Assembly: GCA_020722725.1 (NCBI GenBank)
Contig: DYKG01000011.1
Coordinates: forward strand, 1,756-65,755
Length of the DNA: 64,000 bases
Direction of reading: 5' to 3'
From: Candidatus Methylomirabilis sp.
GTDB lineage: Bacteria > Muiribacteriota > Ozemobacteria > Ozemobacterales > Ozemobacteraceae
The notes beneath the pieces were generated by a model that saw nothing but the letters and a program-made list of their open reading frames with translations, ran no database searches and was not told where the DNA came from. Position 1 is the stretch's first letter, and each line of letters starts with the position of its first letter. Both the position numbers and the translations under genes were made by a program. Positions 47,516 to 56,454 of this stretch are shown piece by piece.

Positions 47516-48919
47516 TCAAATCAGATCAATTTTGCTTTTTCGTCCACGTTTGGCAGCCTTTTCAGGCTTTGCATCAGCAACTTTTCCTGAGCTTTTTTTC
47601 CCAATTTTTTTTACGAATTCTGCAATAAGATCAGCAACGGTTGGCTTGCCAATTTCCTGTAGTTCGTAGGCTACACGCAATATGGGCTTTTTAACTTTCA
47701 CAACTCGTGTAATATCGATGGGAGTTGCCGAAATTACCAGATCGCATTTGCAAGCATTTATGGTTGCTTCGAGATCGGCCGTCTGCTTTTTGCCATATCC
47801 AAGAGCAGGGATAAGATCGCCAATGTGGGGATATTTATTCAGAGCGGCGAGAATTGTTCCCTTAAAGAAAGGCTTGGGATCAATAATTTGACCAGCACCA
47901 TATTTCTGTGCAGCGACAATACCTGCGCCCATGGTCATTTCGCCATGAGTAAGGGTCGGGCCGTCTTCAATAACCACAACATTTTTCCCACGGATTTTTT
48001 CGCCACCATCGACGAAGATCGGGCTTGCGGCATCAATAATCAGGGCGTTGGGATTCATAGACACAACACTTTCTCGGATGAAGTTAACATCATCTGGATA
48101 GGCGCTGTCGATTTTGTTGATGATAACCAGATCTGCGGTGTAAATATTGGCTTCACCGGGGTGGTAAGCTCTTTCATGTCCCGGGCGGTGAGGATCTGCA
48201 ACCACAATTTTGAAATCTGAAAGGAAGAACGGCAAATCATTGTTGCCGCCATCCCAAACGATTACATCAGCTTCTGCAGAAGCCTGTCGGGCGATTTCTT
48301 CATAATCTACCCCTGAATAAATTACCGCGCCCATATCGATATGGGGTTCGTATTCTTCACGTTCTTCGATGGTACACTGATGCTTATCAAGATCTTTGTA
48401 GCTGGCAAATCTCTGACAAACCTGTTTTTTTAGATCGCCGTAGGGCATTGGATGTCTGATTGAAACGACTTTGAGTCCATGGGCTTTGAGTGCCTTGACT
48501 ACAGCGCGGGTGGTTTGAGATTTACCACAACCTGTTCTTACGGCACAAATAGAAACGACTGGTTTAGAGCACTTAATAGCAGTCTGGTTATAGCCAAGCA
48601 GTTTAAAAGAAGCACCTGCAGCAATAATTTTGCTGGCATGATGCATAATATATTCGTGGGTAACGTCACTATAAGAAAAAACCACTTCATCGACTGCATG
48701 CTTTTTGATAAGATCCAACAGTTTTTCTTCGGGTTCTATCGGGATTCCTTTGGGGTAGCCTTTCCCGGCTAGTTCTTTGGGATAAACACGGCCTTCGATA
48801 TCAGGAATCTGAGTAGCGGTAAAAGCTACCACCTCGTAAGCAGGGTTATTCCTGTATACCATGTTAAAATTGTGAAAATCACGCCCGGCAGCGCCCATGA
48901 TGATGGTTTTTATTGCCAT
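47516..48919 (-). CDS. COG2403-like P-loop protein (putative GTPase / cyclic 2,3-diphosphoglycerate synthetase-related)
   Basis: The N-terminus (IIMGAAGRDFHNFN) is remembered as typical of this family. The Walker A motif is RTGCGKSQTT. The C-terminal tail is Lys-rich. The family assignment is from memory only. Confidence 0.5.
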   Translation of the reverse strand: MAIKTIIMGAAGRDFHNFNMVYRNNPAYEVVAFTATQIPDIEGRVYPKELAGKGYPKGIPIEPEEKLLDLIKKHAVDEVVFSYSDVTHEYIMHHASKIIAAGASFKLLGYNQTAIKCSKPVVSICAVRTGCGKSQTTRAVVKALKAHGLKVVSIRHPMPYGDLKKQVCQRFASYKDLDKHQCTIEEREEYEPHIDMGAVIYSGVDYEEIARQASAEADVIVWDGGNNDLPFFLSDFKIVVADPHRPGHERAYHPGEANIYTADLVIINKIDSAYPDDVNFIRESVVSMNPNALIIDAASPIFVDGGEKIRGKNVVVIEDGPTLTHGEMTMGAGIVAAQKYGAGQIIDPKPFFKGTILAALNKYPHIGDLIPALGYGKKQTADLEATINACKCDLVISATPIDITRVVKVKKPILRVAYELQEIGKPTVADLIAEFVKKIGKKSSGKVADAKPEKAAKRGRKSKIDLI

Positions 48920-48972
48920 ACAACATCCTTTCCGAAATAAATAACCCGACCTTTAACGATCGGGCTATTGTC

Positions 48973-49209
48973 TTAATGATTGCAGGTCGAACAAGAACCT
49001 GAAGAACAACTGGAGCATGATGAACCGGAACTACTGTCATTGAAATCAAAACTGGTTCTCGGGCCTGAAGTGGCAAATGATGACATTTTTTTGACCACAT
49101 TCTTGGCTGAACAATGAACACATTCAACATCGGCAAGATTCTCTTTTATCGAACACAGTTTGTCAAAACTTTTGCCACAAGCGCGGCATGTAAACTCATA
49201 AATCGGCAT
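48973..49209 (-). CDS. FmdB-family (CxxC_CxxC_SSSS) zinc-ribbon protein
   Basis: It contains MPIYEFTCRACGKSF...CVHCSAKN and a Ser/Cys-rich tail (SSSGSSCSSCSSGSCSTC). GGAGG lies 6 nt before the ATG at 49209. Confidence 0.75.
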   Translation of the reverse strand: MPIYEFTCRACGKSFDKLCSIKENLADVECVHCSAKNVVKKMSSFATSGPRTSFDFNDSSSGSSCSSCSSGSCSTCNH

Positions 49210-49274
49210 TTCGACCTCCATAATTGCCTTATAGAATAAGGGTTTCTGCAGAACTCAATTCAAGCTGCATAAGA

Positions 49275-49303
49275 ATGCTATCATAGGCAATGCTACCAGT
49301 CAA
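49275..49303 (-). promoter_or_regulatory. candidate sigma-70 promoter for the zinc-ribbon/COG2403 genes
   Basis: On the minus strand it reads TTGACT, a 17-nt spacer (ggtagcattgcctatga), then TAGCAT. Confidence 0.45.
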
Positions 49304-49318
49304 ACTTGTTTTAAAAAG

Positions 49319-50872
49319 TTATAAACCATATTTATCTATTTTTGCCCTGAGGGTGTTTCTTGTAATTCCCAGCCAGGATGCGGTTTGAACCTGGTTCCAC
49401 CGATGTTTTTCCAGGCATTGATGCAGAAGTTCCTGCTCAACTTTTTCCATAACTTCAGAATAGGCATTGCCGGACGTTGAATTGGCAAGTAAAATTGAAA
49501 CAATTTTTTGAATTGCTTCAGCAAGGTTGAAATCTGTATTTAAGGTTGCAACCATTTTGTTTTGCAATTGATCAGTCTTTTCATCCTCAATAATATTCTC
49601 TTTTTGAGAATGAGCAGGCATGATTGATTCAGACGAAACAGGCTGTATCGTTTCATAAAAGGTTTCAGATGCGTTTTCCCTTTGCCCTTCCAAAGAGAGA
49701 ATTCCCCTGAGACGAACTTCTACCGGCAGGTGCTCGGGCAGGATAACATGGTCGCGACTAAGCGTATAAGACTGTTCAATGGCATTTCTCAGTTCTCTGA
49801 CGTTGCCGGGCCAGCTGTAAGCGGAAAGAACGGCAATCGCTTCATCAGAAAGACTTTTTGGAGCACCTTTACGCTGAGCCGCCAGAATCGAGCAAAAATA
49901 CCGTGAAAGAAGAGGAATGTCTTCAGGTCTTTCTCGCAGAGCGGGCAATTTAATCTCAATTACTTTGATACGGTGATAGAGATCTTCGCGAAAACGATTT
50001 TCGCCAATAGCTCGGCGAAGATCTTTGTTGGTGGCTGCAACCAGTCTGACATCAACTTTAATTCGCTTATTGCCCCCTACCCTTACAATTTCGCGCTCTT
50101 CAAGAACGCGAAGAAGTTTTGCCTGCATTTCGAGATTCATGTCGCCAATTTCATCGAGAAAAATGGTTCCACCCTGTGCGAGTTCGAACATTCCAGGTTT
50201 AGAAGTATTGGCACCAGTAAAAGCTCCCTTTTCATAGCCAAAAAGTTCTGATTCCATCAGGCTTTCATTAATGGCAGTGCAGTTGATCGCCCAGAAAGGC
50301 TGAGAAGCTCTTTTAGAGTTATAGTGAATTGCCTGGGCAACCAGCTCTTTTCCTGAACCCGATTCACCGGTAACCAGTACGGTGACATCTTCTTCAGAAA
50401 CTTTTCCGATTAGTTTGTAAACTTCCTGCATGGCAGGGCTGTTACCCTTTAATGCACTTGATTTTGGTGCCTGAGTGGCAATTTCGGCTTCAACTCTTGA
50501 TTTTTTCGAATTCAGCCCTCTGGAAATAAGCAGCATGCACTCATCAATACTGAAGGGCTTGCTCAAAAAATCGTAAGCCCCAAGTTTCATTGCGGTAATG
50601 GTTGTTTCCATGTCCGTGTAGGCTGTCATTACGATAACCTGAGCTTCAGGATCAAGCTCTCTAACCCTTTTCAACATCTGCAAACCATCCATTTCAGGCA
50701 TGCGTATGTCAACCAGAGTAATATCAGGTTTGAAACTCTCAAAGAGACTTAGCCCCTTGATTCCATTTTCAGCAAGCATGACTTCATAGCCGACTTTTTG
50801 AAGAGCTTTTTCAAAAGCCCATCTTACGCTGTGCTCGTCATCTACAACCAGGATTTTTGCATTTCCAGCCAT
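49319..50872 (-). CDS. sigma-54-dependent response regulator (NtrC family)
   Basis: The receiver domain contains ILVVDDE and TLVDIRMPEMDG. The AAA+ domain has GESGSGKE, GAFTGA and DEIGDM. The C-terminal Fis-type HTH is WNQVQTASWLGITRNTLRAKIDKYG. Confidence 0.88.
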   Translation of the reverse strand: MAGNAKILVVDDEHSVRWAFEKALQKVGYEVMLAENGIKGLSLFESFKPDITLVDIRMPEMDGLQMLKRVRELDPEAQVIVMTAYTDMETTITAMKLGAYDFLSKPFSIDECMLLISRGLNSKKSRVEAEIATQAPKSSALKGNSPAMQEVYKLIGKVSEEDVTVLVTGESGSGKELVAQAIHYNSKRASQPFWAINCTAINESLMESELFGYEKGAFTGANTSKPGMFELAQGGTIFLDEIGDMNLEMQAKLLRVLEEREIVRVGGNKRIKVDVRLVAATNKDLRRAIGENRFREDLYHRIKVIEIKLPALRERPEDIPLLSRYFCSILAAQRKGAPKSLSDEAIAVLSAYSWPGNVRELRNAIEQSYTLSRDHVILPEHLPVEVRLRGILSLEGQRENASETFYETIQPVSSESIMPAHSQKENIIEDEKTDQLQNKMVATLNTDFNLAEAIQKIVSILLANSTSGNAYSEVMEKVEQELLHQCLEKHRWNQVQTASWLGITRNTLRAKIDKYGL

Positions 50873-50873
50873 T

Positions 50874-51833
50874 TTACTGATCTCCTTCTACGATCACCTG
50901 TTCAAATTCCTTTTCCCTGGTTTTTTTTCTGGAATTTTTCGGAAAATCTTCTGCCAAGGGGTCAATAATATGATCTCCATATAGCACCAGAACCCTGAAT
51001 TTTGCTTTTATTTTCTGCATACCAAGGCAAATCTGCTCTTTCAAAACCTCCAGGCTGTATCGCAAAGAGGAGTGAAAAAGTAAAAGAGTTTCAACATCGG
51101 CCTGGGCTGCAATTTCCAAAACTTCCTCGAGATGTGAATGCTGTTGAAAATTCCTTTCGTCATCCTCAATGCTAAGATAGGTGCATTCATGACATAAAAA
51201 CATGCTCTGGCGAACCGAGTCAGGGTCAATTGGCCTGGAATCACCACCGTATGAAAAAATTATTTTTTCAATATCTTCGGCGATTTCATCTTTACCATAT
51301 GCCCAGATAATTTCATTGAGCTGTTTCTGGCCAAGTCCGTGATATTTATCTTTGAGACGTCTTCTGATTTCAATCACATTGTAACCAAGGCTCAATTGCT
51401 TATTTGAATGCTTTGTACGAAATGTTCTGATAAAAATACGACTTTTCTGGTCTTCAAGCCATACTTGTTCGTTCTCATCGACTCCGATCCATTCCAGGTC
51501 AAAAGAAAGCCCGTTCTGGGTTCTGGAAAGATATTCACGTAAAAGATCAATCAAACGATTGTTTTTGGGAAAATAAATTTTTAAACTGGCGGTTTGGTCG
51601 CCCGCGCCAAGATTTCTGATATTGATTAAATTTACCAGGCCGGCAATATGATCGGCATGTCCATGAGAAAGAAAAATTCTACGTATACCAAAGACACGGT
51701 TAAATAGAGCCGTTGCTACACCTTCACCCGCATCAAAAAGAATATTGAACCTTCGGTGATAGATCCAGGTTGAAAAAAGTGCTCTGGAAAAGCCGCGAAG
51801 CTGGTCCTGAAGTGGTAATTGAGGAGTCGTCAT
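50874..51833 (-). CDS. metallo-beta-lactamase fold hydrolase, ribonuclease Z-like
   Basis: It contains FDAGEG and the HxHxDH motif (LSHGHADHIAGL), then YGGDSRP, LCHECTY, QHSH and LLLFHSSLRYS. The layout matches short-form RNase Z. Confidence 0.6.
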   Translation of the reverse strand: MTTPQLPLQDQLRGFSRALFSTWIYHRRFNILFDAGEGVATALFNRVFGIRRIFLSHGHADHIAGLVNLINIRNLGAGDQTASLKIYFPKNNRLIDLLREYLSRTQNGLSFDLEWIGVDENEQVWLEDQKSRIFIRTFRTKHSNKQLSLGYNVIEIRRRLKDKYHGLGQKQLNEIIWAYGKDEIAEDIEKIIFSYGGDSRPIDPDSVRQSMFLCHECTYLSIEDDERNFQQHSHLEEVLEIAAQADVETLLLFHSSLRYSLEVLKEQICLGMQKIKAKFRVLVLYGDHIIDPLAEDFPKNSRKKTREKEFEQVIVEGDQ

Positions 51834-51993
51834 TAAAATCCTTCCAGTATTCGCATTAAAACCACCGGTAATTTAACATATTTTCGCCTTTTACTTCCAC
51901 GAATAATTTCAGTCTTAATTATGATGAAATTGATTTACCCACGCAGGTAAAATGTGTTAACTTTCGTTATTCTCGATTTTAAGGAGAAGTAAT

Positions 51994-52440
51994 TTGAATC
52001 CATCTAACCTGAAAGAACAGATTGAAAGCAAATTAAAGCTTTATATAACCCGTTTCATAAGATACTCAGGTTTTTCTCACCTTGGCACAGAAAGAAAAGA
52101 GATCGTGGCAGGAACCTTTGCCTACTTAAAGGAAGATCACGACATGATTCCCGATGATGTGCCAAACATCGGCTATCTCGACGATCTGATGGTTTTTGTT
52201 GAGGCATCGAAGCATTTCATTTCGACCGGAGCACCGGTAGCCGGCGTGTGCAATCCCGAAGAAGTGCTTGAAGATTTACAGTTCATTGAAAAGCATGCTG
52301 GTTTGATGTTTGGAGACCAGCACTTTTCAATTGACATAATCAGGAAACTGGGCAGGAAGTACATTTCCGAGTTGCCAGCTCTGGCCGAAGAAATAAAGCT
52401 AAAATACAAGTATTTTGGAGATTTTGAAGATGATAAATAA
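51994..52440 (+). CDS. DUF1232 (YkvA-like) domain protein
   Basis: The motif is MIPDDVPNIGYLDDLMVFVEA. The start is TTG, preceded by AAGGAG. Confidence 0.55.
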   Translation: MNPSNLKEQIESKLKLYITRFIRYSGFSHLGTERKEIVAGTFAYLKEDHDMIPDDVPNIGYLDDLMVFVEASKHFISTGAPVAGVCNPEEVLEDLQFIEKHAGLMFGDQHFSIDIIRKLGRKYISELPALAEEIKLKYKYFGDFEDDK

Positions 52441-53077
52441 ACGCCTGTTTATTGCATTTCTTGCAGTTATCTGGCTCGCTTCTCCCGTAAGCGCTGATCT
52501 TTTCACTCCCCTGGTCGATATAATAACCCGGCCTGAGAGCTTTGATGGCAAGTTTGTTACGGTAAAAGGGGAGTATTTCGGCTGGTCAAAAGCTCCCGGC
52601 TATCCTCCAGTTACAAGATCCGACTGGGTAATTGCCGATGAATTTGACAATTCAATCTATTGTACCGGAAAACTTCCGCAAACTTTTGCCCCGGCATCAG
52701 AAAGTTCTCTTGGTCGGCCAATAACAGTTCTGGCCGTTGTAAGATGTAAAGATTTCCAGCCTTATCTTGAAGTTCAGGAAATCAAGACGATTAATTTCCA
52801 GGTCGAGGAAATGGTTTCAGTAGCCCAGATCATCTTCGATCCCATCGGTTCGCAGAACCGCAAGGTCAGCCTGATGGGAGTTCTTGCCAAGGGATACGGA
52901 GTTAAAGGTGAAAGAGTTTACCTGATCGCCGACCCCACCGGAGCCTTGAAACTTGGGCGCCTGCCAAAACTTTACCCCCGGGGCACGATTCTTCATGTCA
53001 GAGGAACAATTACTTCTGATGAAAACGGCTTACCGATGCTGGATAAAGTTGAAATTATCTCAGTCCGGGTCGATTGA
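52430..53077 (+). CDS. secreted hypothetical protein with two OB-fold-like halves
   Basis: The signal peptide is MINKRLFIAFLAVIWLASPVSA. An internal duplication is visible: FDGKFVTVKGEYFGW...WVIADEF versus NRKVSLMGVLAKGYG...VYLIADPT. The ATG at 52430 has GGAG 9 nt upstream. Confidence 0.5.
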   Translation: MINKRLFIAFLAVIWLASPVSADLFTPLVDIITRPESFDGKFVTVKGEYFGWSKAPGYPPVTRSDWVIADEFDNSIYCTGKLPQTFAPASESSLGRPITVLAVVRCKDFQPYLEVQEIKTINFQVEEMVSVAQIIFDPIGSQNRKVSLMGVLAKGYGVKGERVYLIADPTGALKLGRLPKLYPRGTILHVRGTITSDENGLPMLDKVEIISVRVD

Positions 53078-53092
53078 ATTAAAGCCCCCCCC

Positions 53093-53139
53093 CCGCCCGG
53101 TTAAACTTGTTACGCAACCGTAAGGGCGGTCTTTTTTTT
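53093..53139 (+). terminator. candidate rho-independent terminator
   Basis: CCGCCCGGTT...AACC..GGGCGG forms a composite stem followed by T8. It lies between convergent genes and is preceded by a C10 run. Confidence 0.45.
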
Positions 53140-53144
53140 CAGTT

Positions 53145-53957
53145 TCAGGGTTGGGGCTGATCTGCCGGTTTTTTTTTAAAACGACGCAACAGCTGAAGAG
53201 CGGTTTTTACAAAGCTGAAGGTTAATCCATAAAGTGCAAACCCCCATGAAATGAAGAAAAGAGTCATGGGTGGATTAACAAAAAGAGCAATCAATCCAAG
53301 TAGAACCATCAGTTTGCGTTTTCCACTGGTCTGCGGAGTCTTTTTCATCGCTGGGTATTCAACCTTGCTTACCATCAGAAAAGAAGTTACCAGCACCACA
53401 ATCGGAATGATGTAATTAGGAATTTTAATAAAACTAAAAAACTGAAGCTCAAAAATGGTCATTGTCGCGAGAATTCCAGCCCCGGCGGGAATTGGAAGCC
53501 CTTCAAAAACATCATGTTTTGAAGGCGGGGTTATATTGAATCTGGCAAGGCGTAAAGCGCCGCACAGCATAAAAATCGCAGAAACGATCAAGCCCGAATA
53601 TCTTTCGTGATCAAGATAACGGGTGTAAACCAGAAATGCCGGGGCAACTCCAAAGCTGACCAGATCGGCGAGAGAGTCAAGCTCTGCACCAAACCTTGAC
53701 GTAACCGAGGTTAAACGCGCAAGCCGGCCGTCAAGGATATCAAATACGTTGGCCACCAAAATCAGCCAGCCAGCCAGCAGAAACTCTCCACGGGAAGTCA
53801 TGATAATCGATAGATACCCACAAAAAAGATTCATTGAAGTGCAGGCATTAGGCAAAATCGAAAGATGCCGATGAGCAAATCTCTTTTTTTCTTTAACGGG
53901 TTCTGTATTACCCTCGGTCGGGCTGTTTTTATTTTCTTCTGCCGGGTTTTCTGCCAT
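53145..53957 (-). CDS. pssA: CDP-diacylglycerol--serine O-phosphatidyltransferase
   Basis: The CDP-alcohol phosphatidyltransferase motif is DILDGRLARLTSVTSRFGAELDSLADLVSFG. The protein is polytopic and lies immediately after psd. Confidence 0.85.
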   Translation of the reverse strand: MAENPAEENKNSPTEGNTEPVKEKKRFAHRHLSILPNACTSMNLFCGYLSIIMTSRGEFLLAGWLILVANVFDILDGRLARLTSVTSRFGAELDSLADLVSFGVAPAFLVYTRYLDHERYSGLIVSAIFMLCGALRLARFNITPPSKHDVFEGLPIPAGAGILATMTIFELQFFSFIKIPNYIIPIVVLVTSFLMVSKVEYPAMKKTPQTSGKRKLMVLLGLIALFVNPPMTLFFISWGFALYGLTFSFVKTALQLLRRFKKKPADQPQP

Positions 53958-53959
53958 TG

Positions 53960-54592
53960 TCAGACTCTTCTGGCAATCACGGTCGCGCCACCCTGCACTC
54001 TTTGCCCCAGAGAAACTTCAACCCTGGCATCAAGAGGCAGAAAAATATCGGTTCGCGAACCAAATCTAATCAAACCAAAACGGTCACCGCGTTCAATTCT
54101 GTCGCCCGGGTTTTTCCAGCAGAGTATGCGACGGGCGATTAACCCGGCGATCTGTCTTACCACCACACGGGAACCATCTGAATCTTCAATACCTATGGTG
54201 TTCATTTCATTTTTAATCGAGGCCTTCGGCTCAAAGGCGGGCAAAAATTCACCGGGGGCATAATGGCGATACTCAACTTTACCCTTAATCGGCGCACGGT
54301 TAATATGTACATCAAAAATTGAAAGGAAAATGCTGATGCGCTTTGCCGGCCCATCGATAAACGGAACATGCTCAACCGAATCGATTCCCACTATTTTTCC
54401 ATCGGCTGGCGATACGATCAGACTCTCGCCTTGAGGAATCTGGCGCTCAGGATCGCGAAAAAAATAGATCGTGAAGGCACCAAACAAATAAAACAGCCTT
54501 CCAATCCATTTGGAAACTACTGATGAAATAAAACCGGCAGCAAACATAATGCCGGCAATAAAAAAGCCTTCCTTATGAATCGGGCTTCGCAT
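53960..54592 (-). CDS. psd: phosphatidylserine decarboxylase proenzyme (short form)
   Basis: The self-cleavage site is in the context RFGSRTD and an N-terminal TM is present. It is paired with pssA. Confidence 0.85.
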   Translation of the reverse strand: MRSPIHKEGFFIAGIMFAAGFISSVVSKWIGRLFYLFGAFTIYFFRDPERQIPQGESLIVSPADGKIVGIDSVEHVPFIDGPAKRISIFLSIFDVHINRAPIKGKVEYRHYAPGEFLPAFEPKASIKNEMNTIGIEDSDGSRVVVRQIAGLIARRILCWKNPGDRIERGDRFGLIRFGSRTDIFLPLDARVEVSLGQRVQGGATVIARRV

Positions 54593-54627
54593 ATTACTGT
54601 TCTCCCAGAAGAGGTTGATCTTGGCTC

Positions 54628-54656
54628 ATTATAGATTTGCCGGCCAAGCTTGTCAA
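54628..54656 (-). promoter_or_regulatory. sigma-70 type promoter of psd-pssA
   Basis: On the minus strand it is a perfect TTGACA, 17-nt spacer (agcttggccggcaaatc), TATAAT. It lies ~35 nt upstream of the psd ATG, which has a GGGAGAA SD. Confidence 0.7.
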
Positions 54657-54669
54657 GGCAATAAAACAG

Positions 54670-56454
54670 TCAGTTCTGGGTAATCTGGGCCAGAATTTCA
54701 TCCCAGCCGGTCGTCTGGGCAAATTGATAGTAAGAATAAGACAGTTTTTCCGGAGAAATGTAGCTTGAAAGCCAGGCAGAGCGATCAGGCAAACCAATCG
54801 AGATTCCGTGTGCCTTTGGAAATCCTGGAGATGAAAAATAATTTAACAGAATCAGGCGGTGGAAATTCTGTTGAATCAGATCAATTTCTATTGCAGCCTC
54901 AGGCATGGAGTTGCGGCATTGAGTCAACATTTCATACAAATCGCGGTTATCAGAAGTTTCAAATGATTGTATGACATAAGTTTCAGACGCACCTTCTGCA
55001 ACCACCGTCTTGCTGTCACGCAGACTTGCCAGAACCGGCCCGAGTTTGCCGATGTTATTCTGTACCTGATTGAAAAAATTCTGCAGATAACCGATTAATA
55101 CAGACAACTCTGAACTTTTGAGCAACGAAACGGTTACTGCCGTGGCAAGCGCACCATCAAGGTATCTCTCTTTGTATGCCTCACAAAAAAATCTTCCGAG
55201 TTTTTCACCATCGATTCCTGAAGATCCGGTGTTTTGAATCTTTTTCAGGATCTGACCATAAGGAAAGCCGCTGCCGGGAACAAAAGCCTGGGAAAAGACC
55301 ATAAAAGAACTGGTATCCTGAAATTCTCGGGCAATTTCAAGCGATGCCATGTTGCAGGCATCAAAAACCAGAAGATCAAGAGAACGGTAAAATCCATCAA
55401 ACTGGGTATTGGCCCCCTTGATCCAGGCAGCAATCTCTATAGGGTTTCCTTTGGTATCGCTGGTCTGGTCAGAAATCAATGAAGCTCTCAGGCTATTGCC
55501 ATTTTTCCAACCATCGGCATGAGAACTGATCGCCAGACAATACCTTGACGCGGGAAAAGCCCGACGCGACCAGGCGACGAAATCGGCAATAACAGCGCCG
55601 CTTGATGAATCCACATCGGCAACCGAAGCCAGCTCTACCAGTTTTCCGTTGTGGAAAAGCAGCCGTTTCATGCCATGCACCGCTATGTCTGCCTGAATAA
55701 TGACCTGGGTTCCGCCTGGCAGACCTGCTTCTTCAATATCTGCGATATTGCTGTTGATGTAACCGGCAAGATTGTTATCGCCACCCATGTAAATTAACAG
55801 GACAAGATTGTTGGGAATAATGCCCGACTGACCTTTGTTAAGCGATTCAGCCATGGCAGTATAAGCGGCTTTTACCTCAGCAACCTGGTCAAGCGCAACC
55901 GAAGCAATTTTTTCAGGATGGCTTTCGATAACGTCGGCAATGGCTTTTACCGTGCTGTCAAGGTGAGAAGCCCCGAGAGCGGAAGGATTTATTCGCCGGC
56001 CATAACGGTCGCGAAGGCATCTGGCAATGAGAGAAGCGGCGGTTGATCGAATAGAGATCTCGATTTTATGCTCGCCATATAGCCCAGAAGAATCGGCCGC
56101 CATGTATTCCAACACAAAACCCTGGTATTTGCTGTTTTTAGCATAGATCACATATTGGTCTCTGATGCTCATCGGGTTCAGGGTAAACCGGCCCTCTTCA
56201 TCAGCCTCGCCTGAAATTGTTGAATCATCCTGAACCGACAGCTTAAAAGGCCGGTAATCGAGCAAAGATGGGGTAATTCCACCAAGGCTGCCATGAACCG
56301 CGACATCAGCAAGCTTAATTGCTCCAGAAACCCTCAGGTCAGTGGGAATCGGAAAGGGAAAAACCAGCGTCGGCCCGGATTCACCAGAACAACCGCAAAG
56401 CAGAAAGGCCGCAATTATCGCCGAGACAATTACCAGGCCAATGAAACGCTGCAT
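54670..56454 (-). CDS. lipoprotein, clostripain-like (C11 family) cysteine peptidase with N-terminal carboxypeptidase-regulatory-like domain
   Basis: The lipobox is AAFLLCGC. The motifs are LIYMGGDNNLAGY, the His motif ISSHADGW and the Cys motif LVFDACNMAS. Confidence 0.65.
   Translation of the reverse strand: MQRFIGLVIVSAIIAAFLLCGCSGESGPTLVFPFPIPTDLRVSGAIKLADVAVHGSLGGITPSLLDYRPFKLSVQDDSTISGEADEEGRFTLNPMSIRDQYVIYAKNSKYQGFVLEYMAADSSGLYGEHKIEISIRSTAASLIARCLRDRYGRRINPSALGASHLDSTVKAIADVIESHPEKIASVALDQVAEVKAAYTAMAESLNKGQSGIIPNNLVLLIYMGGDNNLAGYINSNIADIEEAGLPGGTQVIIQADIAVHGMKRLLFHNGKLVELASVADVDSSSGAVIADFVAWSRRAFPASRYCLAISSHADGWKNGNSLRASLISDQTSDTKGNPIEIAAWIKGANTQFDGFYRSLDLLVFDACNMASLEIAREFQDTSSFMVFSQAFVPGSGFPYGQILKKIQNTGSSGIDGEKLGRFFCEAYKERYLDGALATAVTVSLLKSSELSVLIGYLQNFFNQVQNNIGKLGPVLASLRDSKTVVAEGASETYVIQSFETSDNRDLYEMLTQCRNSMPEAAIEIDLIQQNFHRLILLNYFSSPGFPKAHGISIGLPDRSAWLSSYISPEKLSYSYYQFAQTTGWDEILAQITQN

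Noticed and set aside
48879-49136. An 85-aa minus-strand ORF overlapping the zinc-ribbon gene and the start of the COG2403-like gene.
   Set aside because: It is out of frame with two better-supported genes, has no SD, and its sequence is His/Val/Pro-rich and featureless.
49286-49299. CTGGTAGCATTGCC (minus strand), considered as a sigma-54 -24/-12 element near the NtrC-type regulator.
   Set aside because: The GG-to-GC spacing is about 3 nt too short for the TGGCAC-N5-TTGC geometry. The same bases fit a sigma-70 spacer and -10 box better. No other intergenic TGGCAC-type site was found.
53085-53094. A C10 homopolymer, considered as a possible slipped-strand phase-variation tract.
   Set aside because: It lies between the 3' ends of two convergent genes and forms part of a terminator-like hairpin. 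It is in neither a promoter spacer nor a reading frame, so length changes would have no obvious switch effect.
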